Shown here piece after piece: positions 1-7,869 of a DNA stretch of 12,698 nucleotides. A program made the translations under genes and the position numbers. Origin of the DNA: Waddliaceae bacterium (GTDB lineage Bacteria; Chlamydiota; Chlamydiia; Chlamydiales; SLOH01); assembly GCA_040880105.1 (NCBI GenBank), contig JBBDJA010000012.1, positions 1 through 12,698 of the forward strand, in the 5' to 3' direction. The notes beneath the pieces were generated by a model. It was given only the letters and a program-made list of their open reading frames with translations. It did not search any database and had not been told where the DNA came from. Each line of letters starts with the position of its first letter. Position 1 is the stretch's first letter.

Positions 1-122
1 GATTTAAAACCGTCCTCAAAATAGACTACAATTATCCATCACTTGACCTTTTGAACATTTGTTTTAGAACGAAGATTTACGAGATCTGATTATTTCTAGG
101 CGTAAACAGAGAATTATGAAAC

Positions 123-152
123 AAAAATGCCCGATCAAAAGATGATCGGGCA
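123..152 (-). terminator. Rho-independent terminator downstream of the ankyrin gene
   Basis: Perfect 10-bp inverted repeat tgcccgatca (128-137) / tgatcgggca (143-152) with a 5-nt loop. On the minus strand it is followed by a T-tract (aaaaa at 123-127). It lies about 40 nt past the stop at 191. Confidence 0.85.
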
Positions 153-190
153 GTATACCTACATAGGAATCTAGAGTGGATGATTTGAAC

Positions 191-2284
191 CTACTCTTTA
201 TGTTCAGCATCTCCATCTTCTACGTCAATATTTTTTATCATACGCGAGTTTACAATGAAAACTTTTACTGAGTGCCATTGTTGAATTGTTTCTAACTGTC
301 TACGTGTTAAATCACAGTTAAAGCAAATCTTTTCGATTGGGTTTTCTAAGAGAGCGTCAATGATCTCATCTGAAACAACTTCTAAGACAATATTCTTGAT
401 TTTTTTCTGTTTGATGAGCTCTTGAGCCAATTTAGGTTTAAACAATTGAATATCCTCAAAGCTCATTGTCTTTATATCTCCTAGATCTCGTTCTGTTATT
501 CTTAGCTCTAGTTCTTCAAGATCAGCGGGTAACTTAAACTCTTCTATCTCAAATGGCGCACGGAAATGCAGTGATTTTAAGTTGTGATGTTCGATAATCT
601 TATCAAAGTCTTCTTTGGTTATCTTTGAACAACGATCAAGATAGAGCTTTACAGACCTAGATCTCGGATCGGTTACGTACTTAATCCTTTCTGCGTTATT
701 TCTACAACCTGCCTCAACATCGGTAATATGAGACATAACTTCTCGAGCAACATCGCGAGTCAGAACATCATGCACCTGATTGTATGCGTTTTCTAGGAAC
801 TTCATCCCATTAGCCTCGAACATACTTATCTTATTGCTAAAAACTGGATAAGTAGTGTTGAAAATATGGAAGTTTTGCAAAAGCCTGTGCACTTTGGTTC
901 GAAAAATATTATAGGGGACCGTATTTAGAGGGATATTTCCGAAGTTGTCTTTTGCATTGACATTGGCACCCTTTTCAATAAGTAGGGCTGCCATTCTGTC
1001 ATTAGTAGCATTGTGAAGAGGGGTAGCTCCGCGCTTGTTTTCTGCATGGACATTGGCACCGTTTTCAATGAGTGGGATTCCAGTGTATACACAACCAATG
1101 CTGTGAAGAGGCGTATTTCCGTAGGGGTCTTCTGCGTTGACATTAGCACCCTTTTCAATGAGGAAATTCACCATTTCTTTAGTATTAGCATAAATAAGGG
1201 CGGACTGTTTATTCGGACCTTGTGCATTGAGATCAGCACCTTTTCTAATTAAGAGAGTGACCATTCTGAATCTGTTCATATAAGTAGCACGAAGGAGAGG
1301 GGTATATCTCTTCTCATCTCTGGCGTTGATATTAGCCCCACCTTCAATGAGGACATTTGCCATTTCGATATCATCTCTATCAATAGCAATATGGAGGGGG
1401 TTAAGTTCCCTCATATATTTTGCGTTGACGTCAGCGCCCAATTTAATGAGTAAAGCTGTCATTTTGGCATCAATAGCTCTAGACAGGGGAGGCACTCTGC
1501 TCATACATTGTGCATTGATATCAGCACCTTTTCTAGTTAAGAGAGTTACCATTTCAAAATGGTTCTTTTCAATAGCACGAAGGAGAGCGGTTTTTGTACC
1601 GTAACAATTATCTGCGTTGACATCAGCGCCCCTTTCAATGAGGAGATCTGCAACTTCAACATGGTTTCTTTCCGCAGCAATATCGAGGGGTCGTATATTA
1701 TGCATGGAGAATGCGTTAGCACTAGCGCCCCTTTCAATGAGGAGATCTGCCATTTCAACATGGTTTCTTTCCGCAGCAATATGGAGGGGAGTGCGTACAT
1801 CCTCACCTCCTGACATGAAAAGATCTCTGGCGTTGATATTAGCCCCCTTTTCAATGAGGAGGTCTGCCATTTTGACGTTGTTTCTTTGAGCAGCAATATG
1901 GAGTGGGGTATGTCTACAATTATTCTTTGCGTTGACATTAGCACCTTTTTTGATAAGCAGTCGTGTAAGTGCTGTTTTATCGGAACTCACAGCTTTAAAT
2001 AAAAGATCGTCTGCAGTTTCGTTTATAGCTCGTACTTTAGGAACGGCAATGGGACTGACAATATAGCGATTTTTTTTATTAAAAGCACTCACCAGTAAAT
2101 TGAAACAATCGATTGCAACTCTTCCTGCTTTTTGGGCTGAATCTCTTCTTTCATTAAGAAATTCGGGATTTAATTCGTCTGCATGTTTAATTTCAGGATT
2201 ATCTTTAATTTCTCCCATAAATACATGCAAGATTTCATCAATATCAACCCGTTCCGGACCTTGGCCGTTTGTAATATTTACCAT
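191..2284 (-). CDS. Ankyrin-repeat protein (~12 repeats) with a degenerate F-box-like motif and LRR-like C-terminus; putative secreted effector
   Basis: Repeated TPLHxA...LLIEKGANVNA ankyrin consensus across ~900-2010. LTRDVAREVMSHITD at 719-763, then LYLDRCSKIT / LKSLHF / LEELEL. The ORF track starts at GTG 2329; the ATG at 2284 (MVNITNG) is preferred but the start is uncertain. Confidence 0.9.
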   Translation of the reverse strand: MVNITNGQGPERVDIDEILHVFMGEIKDNPEIKHADELNPEFLNERRDSAQKAGRVAIDCFNLLVSAFNKKNRYIVSPIAVPKVRAINETADDLLFKAVSSDKTALTRLLIKKGANVNAKNNCRHTPLHIAAQRNNVKMADLLIEKGANINARDLFMSGGEDVRTPLHIAAERNHVEMADLLIERGASANAFSMHNIRPLDIAAERNHVEVADLLIERGADVNADNCYGTKTALLRAIEKNHFEMVTLLTRKGADINAQCMSRVPPLSRAIDAKMTALLIKLGADVNAKYMRELNPLHIAIDRDDIEMANVLIEGGANINARDEKRYTPLLRATYMNRFRMVTLLIRKGADLNAQGPNKQSALIYANTKEMVNFLIEKGANVNAEDPYGNTPLHSIGCVYTGIPLIENGANVHAENKRGATPLHNATNDRMAALLIEKGANVNAKDNFGNIPLNTVPYNIFRTKVHRLLQNFHIFNTTYPVFSNKISMFEANGMKFLENAYNQVHDVLTRDVAREVMSHITDVEAGCRNNAERIKYVTDPRSRSVKLYLDRCSKITKEDFDKIIEHHNLKSLHFRAPFEIEEFKLPADLEELELRITERDLGDIKTMSFEDIQLFKPKLAQELIKQKKIKNIVLEVVSDEIIDALLENPIEKICFNCDLTRRQLETIQQWHSVKVFIVNSRMIKNIDVEDGDAEHKE
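900..2010 (-). repeat. Ankyrin repeat array (30-34 aa units, one with an insertion) with DNA-level duplications
   Basis: 1625-1683 vs 1724-1782 are 57/59 identical at a 99-nt offset. 1221-1265 vs 1509-1553 are 42/45 identical at a 288-nt offset. Confidence 0.9.
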
Positions 2285-2723
2285 AGTTGTATCTCTGTTG
2301 GATTTTAATTTAATTAATGATACTATCACACTTTTTTTAATAATTCTATTTAATTTTTGTAAAATATCACAAAATAGTTATTGTGTGAGAAAATGTGAAT
2401 AAGTATCTTTTATGAATTAAAAGACTAAACAATTGATGAGATATATAAAAAACTAGGTCTCTTTACTGAAATATTCTAAAAAAGATAATATTGAGGGGCT
2501 GAATCTATCAAATTAGACGACTATAGATATTTAATTTTATAGAAGGTTGAATTTCGCTTCTCACAACGCTATTGTTGGCGATGACCATCGAATTTATACG
2601 TTTATACGGATTCAATCATTCATAAAAGGGCCCTTATGCAACGTGGTTCTATATGAGGGATGTGATTTAATTTATGGATATTATAAATCTGCAAATACTT
2701 TCTAAATGTGCATTTTAAAAAAA

Positions 2724-2752
2724 TTGCCTGATATTCAGTAGAGTGTTACAAT
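2724..2752 (+). promoter_or_regulatory. Sigma70/sigma66-type promoter upstream of topA
   Basis: -35 TTGCCT (2724-2729), 17-nt spacer, -10 TACAAT (2747-2752) with extended -10 TG (2744-2745), and an A/T tract just upstream resembling an UP element. Confidence 0.65.
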
Positions 2753-2813
2753 TTTTCCTTTTCAACTTTAGAAGATATACAACAATTCCCTATTTTGCTA
2801 AGTAGAGGAGATT

Positions 2814-2885
2814 ATGCACTCACGAAGATGTACTCTCTTCATAAAGGAACTTTCATTCGATAGGAGTAAAGGAGCAAATGGCTAA
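2814..2885 (+). other. Possible 23-aa upstream ORF in the topA leader (MHSRRCTLFIKELSFDRSKGANG*)
   Basis: AGAGGAG at 2804-2810, ATG at 2814, stop TAA at 2883-2885 overlapping the first 8 nt of topA. The SD spacing is short and there is no homology support. Confidence 0.25.
2869..2874 (+). promoter_or_regulatory. Shine-Dalgarno sequence of topA
   Basis: AAGGAG just upstream of ATG 2878. A second TAGGAG lies at 2861-2866. Confidence 0.7.
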
Positions 2886-5457
2886 AAAAAGACACAAAGC
2901 ACTCATTATCGTAGAGTCTCCGGCAAAAATCAAGACATTGATGAAATTACTCGGCAACGAGTATGCTTATGAGTCATCCATTGGCCATATTCGAGATTTG
3001 CCCGAAAAAGATTTCGGTATTGATATTGAAAACGACTTCGAACCGAAGTATGTCACAATGCCAGATAAAGAGAATGTGATAAAGGCCCTCCAGTCTGCAG
3101 CAAAAAAAAGCGAAATGGTCTTTTTATCTCCCGACCCTGATAGAGAAGGGGAGGCAATTGCTTGGCACATTCTCCAGATTCTTCCGGAAGGAACGAAAAC
3201 ACAGCGAGTCACATTTAATTCGTTAACAAAGAAGACTGTATTAGAGGCTATTGAGCATCCTCGCGAGTTGGATCTAAACCTCGTGAATGCTCAGCAAGCG
3301 CGTCGACTTTTAGATCGCATTGTCGGATATAAAATTTCTCCCTTATTAAATCGTCGTCTGCATCGCGGAAGAGAAGGGTTTGTCTCTGCCGGGCGCGTAC
3401 AATCCATTGCGCTGATCTTTGTTGTCGATCGCGAGAAGGAAATTGAGGCGTTTGTACCCGTTGAGTACTGGAATTTAGCTGCCTTGCTTCAAAAAATGAA
3501 AAGCGAACAAAACCTGCGCGCCTCTCTGTACTCCGTCGACGATAAAAAAGTGGTGAAAGAAAACCCCGACAATAAAGAAGATCTCTTCCTTATCCCAAAT
3601 AAAGATGTAGCGGATCTTGTGCTTAAAAAAATGCAAGATACGCCTTACTCGGTAAAATCTGTTGAGCGGAAGGAGAAGCGGCGTAACCCTGTCCCTCCAT
3701 TTATCACTTCCACACTTCAGCAAGAAGCGTCTCGTCACTTTGGTTTTTCTGCAGCTAAAACAATGAATATTGCCCAGAAGCTATACGAGGGGATTGAGCT
3801 TGGACCTGAGGGCGGAGAAGGTTTAATTACATATATGCGTACAGACTCGGTCCGTATTATCCCTGAGTTGATCCATGAAGCTAGAGGGTTCATTGAGAAA
3901 AAGTATGGGAAACAATTTTTGCCTGAAAAGCCCAATAACTATAGCACAAAAAAAAGTGCTCAAGATGCGCACGAGGCCATTCGTCCAAGTAGTCTGAAGT
4001 ATGATCCTGAAAAAGTGCAAAAGTATCTGACTCGAGAAGAGTTTATGCTGTACCAGCTCATATGGAAGCGGTTTGTCTCCTCACAAATGACACCGGCAAT
4101 TTACGATACTGTCTCATGTGATATTGTGAATACTAAAGGGATCGTTTTAAGAGCGACTGGTTCTGTAATGAAATTCTCCGGTTTTCTTGCTGTTTATGAA
4201 GAGAAAAGCGATGAAGAAATTCTCGATAAAGAGGATCAATTACCCGATCTAAAAGAAGGGGAGAGACTTGATCTTCTCGAGTTGATTTCCGAGCAGTCGT
4301 TTACTCGACCACCTCCAAGATACACAGAAGCCTCGCTTGTCAAAGAGTTAGAGAAATCCGGAATTGGACGACCATCGACCTACGCATCTATTATGAATAA
4401 AATTCAAGGTCGGGAATATACGTTAAAGGAAAAGGGTCGCTTAAAACCAACCGAGCTTGGACGCGTCATTGCACAAATGCTAGAGACGAATTTCACTGAG
4501 ATCATGGATGTCGGATTTACCGCTGCAATGGAAGATGAGCTTGAAAAGATTGCAGAAAGTCAGCTTGACTGGAAGAAAGTCATTCGGGACTTTTGGGAGA
4601 AATTTGAACCGACTCTTGAAAAAGCGGAAAAAGAGGCGTTTGTACCAAAAATTTTAACCGATCGCCCCTGCCCAAAATGCGAGTCGCCGCTGCAAAAGGT
4701 GTGGTATCGCTCAAAATATTTTTACGGATGTTCTAAATATCCCGATTGTGACTATACAGCTGCAGCGGAAGAACTTGATTTTGACCAGTCGGATTATGCA
4801 GAAGATTTTAATTGGGAACAGCCATGCCCAAATTGCGGCGCAGAGATGAAACTTCGTCATGGGCGTTACGGAGCATTTTTAGGATGTACTAAATATCCCG
4901 AATGTCGTGGTATTGTCAATATTCCAAAAAAGGGGGAAATCGTCATTCCGCCTGAAGATTTGCCCGAATGTCCGGCGATTGATTGCACAGGCCATATCAC
5001 AGCAAGAAAATCTCGCTTTGGAAAAACATTTTACTCTTGTTCAACTTTTCCCGAATGCGATGTGATCGTCAATGAAATCTCAGAGCTTCATCGCAAGTAT
5101 GTGGATCACCCTCGCACCCCTTACGAGAAAAAGACAAAGAAAAAGGGGGGGAAAGGTAAAAAAACTGCAGCTAAGGCAAAAAAAGAGACGAAAAAGCCAA
5201 AGAAAAAACGTGTCACCAAATCACTCTACTTGTCTAAGGAGCTTCAGAACCTTATTGGCGAAAGCGAGCTTCCGCGCGGAGATGTCTTAAAGAAGGTTTG
5301 GGATTACGTGAAATCTAATGACTTGCAAGATCCTAAAGATAAGAGGATCATTCATCCTGATGATAAGCTTTCAAAGGTATTTGGCACCAAGGAAGAGGTT
5401 GGAATGTTCTCTGTCGCAGGTCTACTATCCAAACATATGCATAAAGAGAAAAGTTGA
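2878..5457 (+). CDS. topA: DNA topoisomerase I (type IA) with three C4 zinc ribbons, a Lys-rich linker and a C-terminal SWIB/MDM2 domain
   Basis: Toprim motifs LIIVESPAK and SPDPDREGEAIAWH, SAGRVQS, catalytic GLITYMRTDS, AQDAHEAIRP and GIGRPSTYA. Zinc ribbons CPKC..CSKYPDC, CPNC..CTKYPEC and CPAIDC..CSTFPEC. SWIB-like tail LSKELQNLIG..PRGDVLKKVWDYVKSNDLQDPKDKRII.PDDKL. Confidence 0.98.
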   Translation: MAKKRHKALIIVESPAKIKTLMKLLGNEYAYESSIGHIRDLPEKDFGIDIENDFEPKYVTMPDKENVIKALQSAAKKSEMVFLSPDPDREGEAIAWHILQILPEGTKTQRVTFNSLTKKTVLEAIEHPRELDLNLVNAQQARRLLDRIVGYKISPLLNRRLHRGREGFVSAGRVQSIALIFVVDREKEIEAFVPVEYWNLAALLQKMKSEQNLRASLYSVDDKKVVKENPDNKEDLFLIPNKDVADLVLKKMQDTPYSVKSVERKEKRRNPVPPFITSTLQQEASRHFGFSAAKTMNIAQKLYEGIELGPEGGEGLITYMRTDSVRIIPELIHEARGFIEKKYGKQFLPEKPNNYSTKKSAQDAHEAIRPSSLKYDPEKVQKYLTREEFMLYQLIWKRFVSSQMTPAIYDTVSCDIVNTKGIVLRATGSVMKFSGFLAVYEEKSDEEILDKEDQLPDLKEGERLDLLELISEQSFTRPPPRYTEASLVKELEKSGIGRPSTYASIMNKIQGREYTLKEKGRLKPTELGRVIAQMLETNFTEIMDVGFTAAMEDELEKIAESQLDWKKVIRDFWEKFEPTLEKAEKEAFVPKILTDRPCPKCESPLQKVWYRSKYFYGCSKYPDCDYTAAAEELDFDQSDYAEDFNWEQPCPNCGAEMKLRHGRYGAFLGCTKYPECRGIVNIPKKGEIVIPPEDLPECPAIDCTGHITARKSRFGKTFYSCSTFPECDVIVNEISELHRKYVDHPRTPYEKKTKKKGGKGKKTAAKAKKETKKPKKKRVTKSLYLSKELQNLIGESELPRGDVLKKVWDYVKSNDLQDPKDKRIIHPDDKLSKVFGTKEEVGMFSVAGLLSKHMHKEKS

Positions 5458-5462
5458 ACTTT

Positions 5463-5491
5463 AGGAAACTAGGTCATTCCTAGGTTCCTTT
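5463..5491 (+). terminator. Probable (weak) intrinsic terminator hairpin after topA
   Basis: aggaa-a-ctagg / cctag-g-ttcct stem with one mismatch and a 5-nt loop, starting 5 nt after the stop codon. Only a short T run follows. Confidence 0.5.
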
Positions 5492-5579
5492 AAACGTTCA
5501 ATTTTAAATTTTTCTCTATAGCTGAATATTTTTCTATCTGTTATATTCACGAAAATTCCATGCATAACGGAGGGTAGGG

Positions 5580-6479
5580 ATGGTTTCAGGTAGAATTCAA
5601 CTCAGTGATTCAGATGATGATATCGATCTCTCTTTGGTTGCAGATGCTTTGAGGTTACCACCCCTAAATGAGGGTGTAGAGGAAGAAATACCTCTTCACG
5701 AAAGGATTTTCGATACTTCTCGATCTGTTTTTAATGAATTTCAGATCATCACTAAAAGTTTTGCAATTGATCAGTTCTTTTTTGATGATCACGGCAACGA
5801 AAAAGAAAATGTTACATTCACGTTTAATGCAAGCGTACTGAAAGACTTCAACCCTATTAAGCGTTATTTATTTGACCCCGAATTTAGATTGAATACCAAA
5901 ATAAATTTGAGTCGTTATTTTGAGTATAATCATACGTGGAATCCCTCCTTTGAACATTTAAGATCTATTGTAAAAGAGAAAAACCATTCGATTGAACTCT
6001 CTCTAAGCCCATACGCACTCCTTGAAGTTGCTGAGAGGCAACAAGTCAAATCCCGTCACGAAATGAAGGTTGTACCAAAGGTGGTTAAAGTTGCTGCCGG
6101 TTCTGCTCTAATTAGTTACGTTGGATATATGAACTCTCAAGAGGAGATGAGTAGTCTCTTGGGTATTATTTGTTCTCTGTCTGGACTTATTGCTTGTAGT
6201 GTTGGAGTAACAAGCGGAGGTAGAAAACTCAATGAACAGCATTTAGAAACGACTCTAGAAAAAATACGAGGATTCATTGCTTGTAAGAAGTTATTTGAAC
6301 AAAATATATTTTCTTTTCAAAAATTAGACGAGTTTAAGCGGATAATTTCTCATAGTCAAAACCAAGACTTAATCGATCGGGCATTGCAGGCAAGAACTCC
6401 ATTTCAGCGCTTTAAATGGACGATTTTGGCTGCAAGTTCTGTAGAATCGCATCACCTTTCTATAGATTTAAAATTATAA
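5580..6479 (+). CDS. Hypothetical membrane protein with a bilobed hydrophobic segment (Inc-like candidate)
   Basis: 299-aa ORF with an SD-like GGAGGG at 5569-5574. Two moderately hydrophobic stretches, VAAGSALISYVGYM and MSSLLGIICSLSGLIACSVGV (6090-6209), are separated by a short polar loop. No cleavable Sec signal. Confidence 0.75.
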   Translation: MVSGRIQLSDSDDDIDLSLVADALRLPPLNEGVEEEIPLHERIFDTSRSVFNEFQIITKSFAIDQFFFDDHGNEKENVTFTFNASVLKDFNPIKRYLFDPEFRLNTKINLSRYFEYNHTWNPSFEHLRSIVKEKNHSIELSLSPYALLEVAERQQVKSRHEMKVVPKVVKVAAGSALISYVGYMNSQEEMSSLLGIICSLSGLIACSVGVTSGGRKLNEQHLETTLEKIRGFIACKKLFEQNIFSFQKLDEFKRIISHSQNQDLIDRALQARTPFQRFKWTILAASSVESHHLSIDLKL

Positions 6480-6528
6480 TTTTATATTTTTCTGTAATAT
6501 ATTTTTCTTTTAGTGCAAATATGCGGAT

Positions 6529-7752
6529 ATGGCAAATCATATCAACGCATATTCTTTTGACCAGAAAATTTCCGATTTACCTGGGGATCGATATGGAAGA
6601 GTGTACCGAACAAGGCACCTACATCGGAGAAACCTTAATTCGTCTACTGAAGATCCAATATTTCCAAAATTTTCCGAGTGTTCTCATCTTCGTTTACATG
6701 GCCTTAATGATTTAGCTACTTTAGTTGATACATATCGCCTATCGATTGAAAACCATCATCATGACCGTATTACAACTTTTTTTTATGCAGCTATTTCAAC
6801 CTACCAATTAGGCTATACTTTTTCACTCGGCAAAACGCTTGAGCAAGCGGAGCCGGCGTCTAAACTTCCGGATATCTGTCAAAGAAATGCGTGTCACAGC
6901 AGTTTAATCCCCACATTGACTGTACGTGATTGCTTGTTTTTGCCGGGCTCAGATCTATATCACATGCTGAACAGAACAAACGAGCTGCCAAGAAAGGTAA
7001 ATGAAGCGGATATGCGACTTGAATATAAAATGCGTCAAGTTGCTATCGACATTATAAATGAGGGGTCAAAGGGAAGTCTCACCCCTTTTAAAGCAACAAA
7101 AATATTGATTCAGAAGTGCAGTGCAGTTCTGTCCGGATGTCAATCGGATTTAATTTTAAAACTTTACTATGAGTGCAATCGAAAAATTGAAAAGAATTTA
7201 AATAAAGAGTACTTGCAATCCCTACTGGGTCTAACGATCGTGCATTCAAAAGATGAAAAGGTGATTTCATTAAAGAGAGTACAATTTATTCAAAATAAAC
7301 ATATCCTTCAATCAAAAATATACGCAAAATTCAAACAGACCACTTCTATTTTATTGAATAATGGTAAAAATAGTGCGTATTTTCAAGATGCAATTATGTA
7401 TGCGTTAATTTCATTAATGAAAGGCCTGGATCGCAAGCGATTGCAAAATTTATTTTCCATACCACCTAAAGATTATTATTTTAATAGTAGTAGTAGTTGG
7501 AAATCAAAAGTCCTCGAAACTAAAGTTCGTTATTTAGTTGGTCAATTTCAAGTGATCTCCCTAGCGATGGATATATCTAAAATGATGGCTATTCAAAGAA
7601 AAAGAGATCGTCAAATCCAAAAGGAATTGATCGTTCAATTGAGAGGAAAAGACTCCATTCCTATTAAAATCGATACTTCATCTATAAAAAAGTGGTGTAT
7701 TAGGTATCAAGTTCACGAATCTGCTTTTTTTCCGGGGTTTTTTTATTCATAA
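6529..7752 (+). CDS. Hypothetical protein, paralog A of a tandem pair; possible His-Me finger nuclease-like domain
   Basis: 407-aa ORF, colinear with 7870-9576 through shared blocks HRRNL, NHHxDRITxFF, NACHSSLxPTL, GSDxY, NxTNxLPxKxNxADxxLE, MRQVAIDIINEGS, YFxDA, DISKxMA, ELxVxLRG and ESAxxPxFFYS. The coding call is strong; the function is inferred. Confidence 0.85.
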   Translation: MANHINAYSFDQKISDLPGDRYGRVYRTRHLHRRNLNSSTEDPIFPKFSECSHLRLHGLNDLATLVDTYRLSIENHHHDRITTFFYAAISTYQLGYTFSLGKTLEQAEPASKLPDICQRNACHSSLIPTLTVRDCLFLPGSDLYHMLNRTNELPRKVNEADMRLEYKMRQVAIDIINEGSKGSLTPFKATKILIQKCSAVLSGCQSDLILKLYYECNRKIEKNLNKEYLQSLLGLTIVHSKDEKVISLKRVQFIQNKHILQSKIYAKFKQTTSILLNNGKNSAYFQDAIMYALISLMKGLDRKRLQNLFSIPPKDYYFNSSSSWKSKVLETKVRYLVGQFQVISLAMDISKMMAIQRKRDRQIQKELIVQLRGKDSIPIKIDTSSIKKWCIRYQVHESAFFPGFFYS

Positions 7753-7869
7753 AAGTAGTTATTTCAATCTCTTAAATTTGTTTTTTTAATTCCTTTAATA
7801 AAAAACCATATTATATTAAATAAACGCTTAATTTAATGTATCTTAATAATTTTAATTTAAAATATTAAT

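Noticed and set aside
1625..1782. Near-identical 59-nt repeats as a possible DGR TR/VR pair or CRISPR repeats
   Set aside because: They are in-frame ankyrin units 99 nt apart. No reverse transcriptase or cas genes are in the window, and there is no repeat-spacer array.
925..1944. Short alternative-frame and antisense ORFs within the ankyrin gene (77-132 aa)
   Set aside because: These are shadow ORFs; their apparent repeats just mirror the ankyrin DNA repeats.
2368..2385. Imperfect palindrome cacaaaatagttattgtg upstream of the ankyrin gene
   Set aside because: It could be an operator, but it is a single imperfect AT-rich copy with no match to a site I can name.
2100..2402. 100-aa + strand ORF
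   Set aside because: It is antisense to the ankyrin gene 5' end, has a TTG start and has no recognisable motif.
2581..2659. 14-codon ORF (MTIEFIRLYGFNHS), a tttatacg tandem duplicate and a weak ccctta/tgaggg hairpin in the intergenic region
   Set aside because: There is no SD, and these are short AT-rich matches expected by chance. Not enough to call an sRNA or peptide.
2967..5290. Small ORFs overlapping topA, and the G7 tract at 5145-5151
   Set aside because: The ORFs are shadows of a conserved gene. The G run encodes Lys-Gly-Gly in an intact frame, with no evidence of phase variation.
6416..6715. 99-aa ORF bridging the Inc-like gene and paralog A, considered as an immunity or chaperone gene
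   Set aside because: It overlaps both neighbours extensively out of frame, and the frame of paralog A is validated by homology to paralog B.
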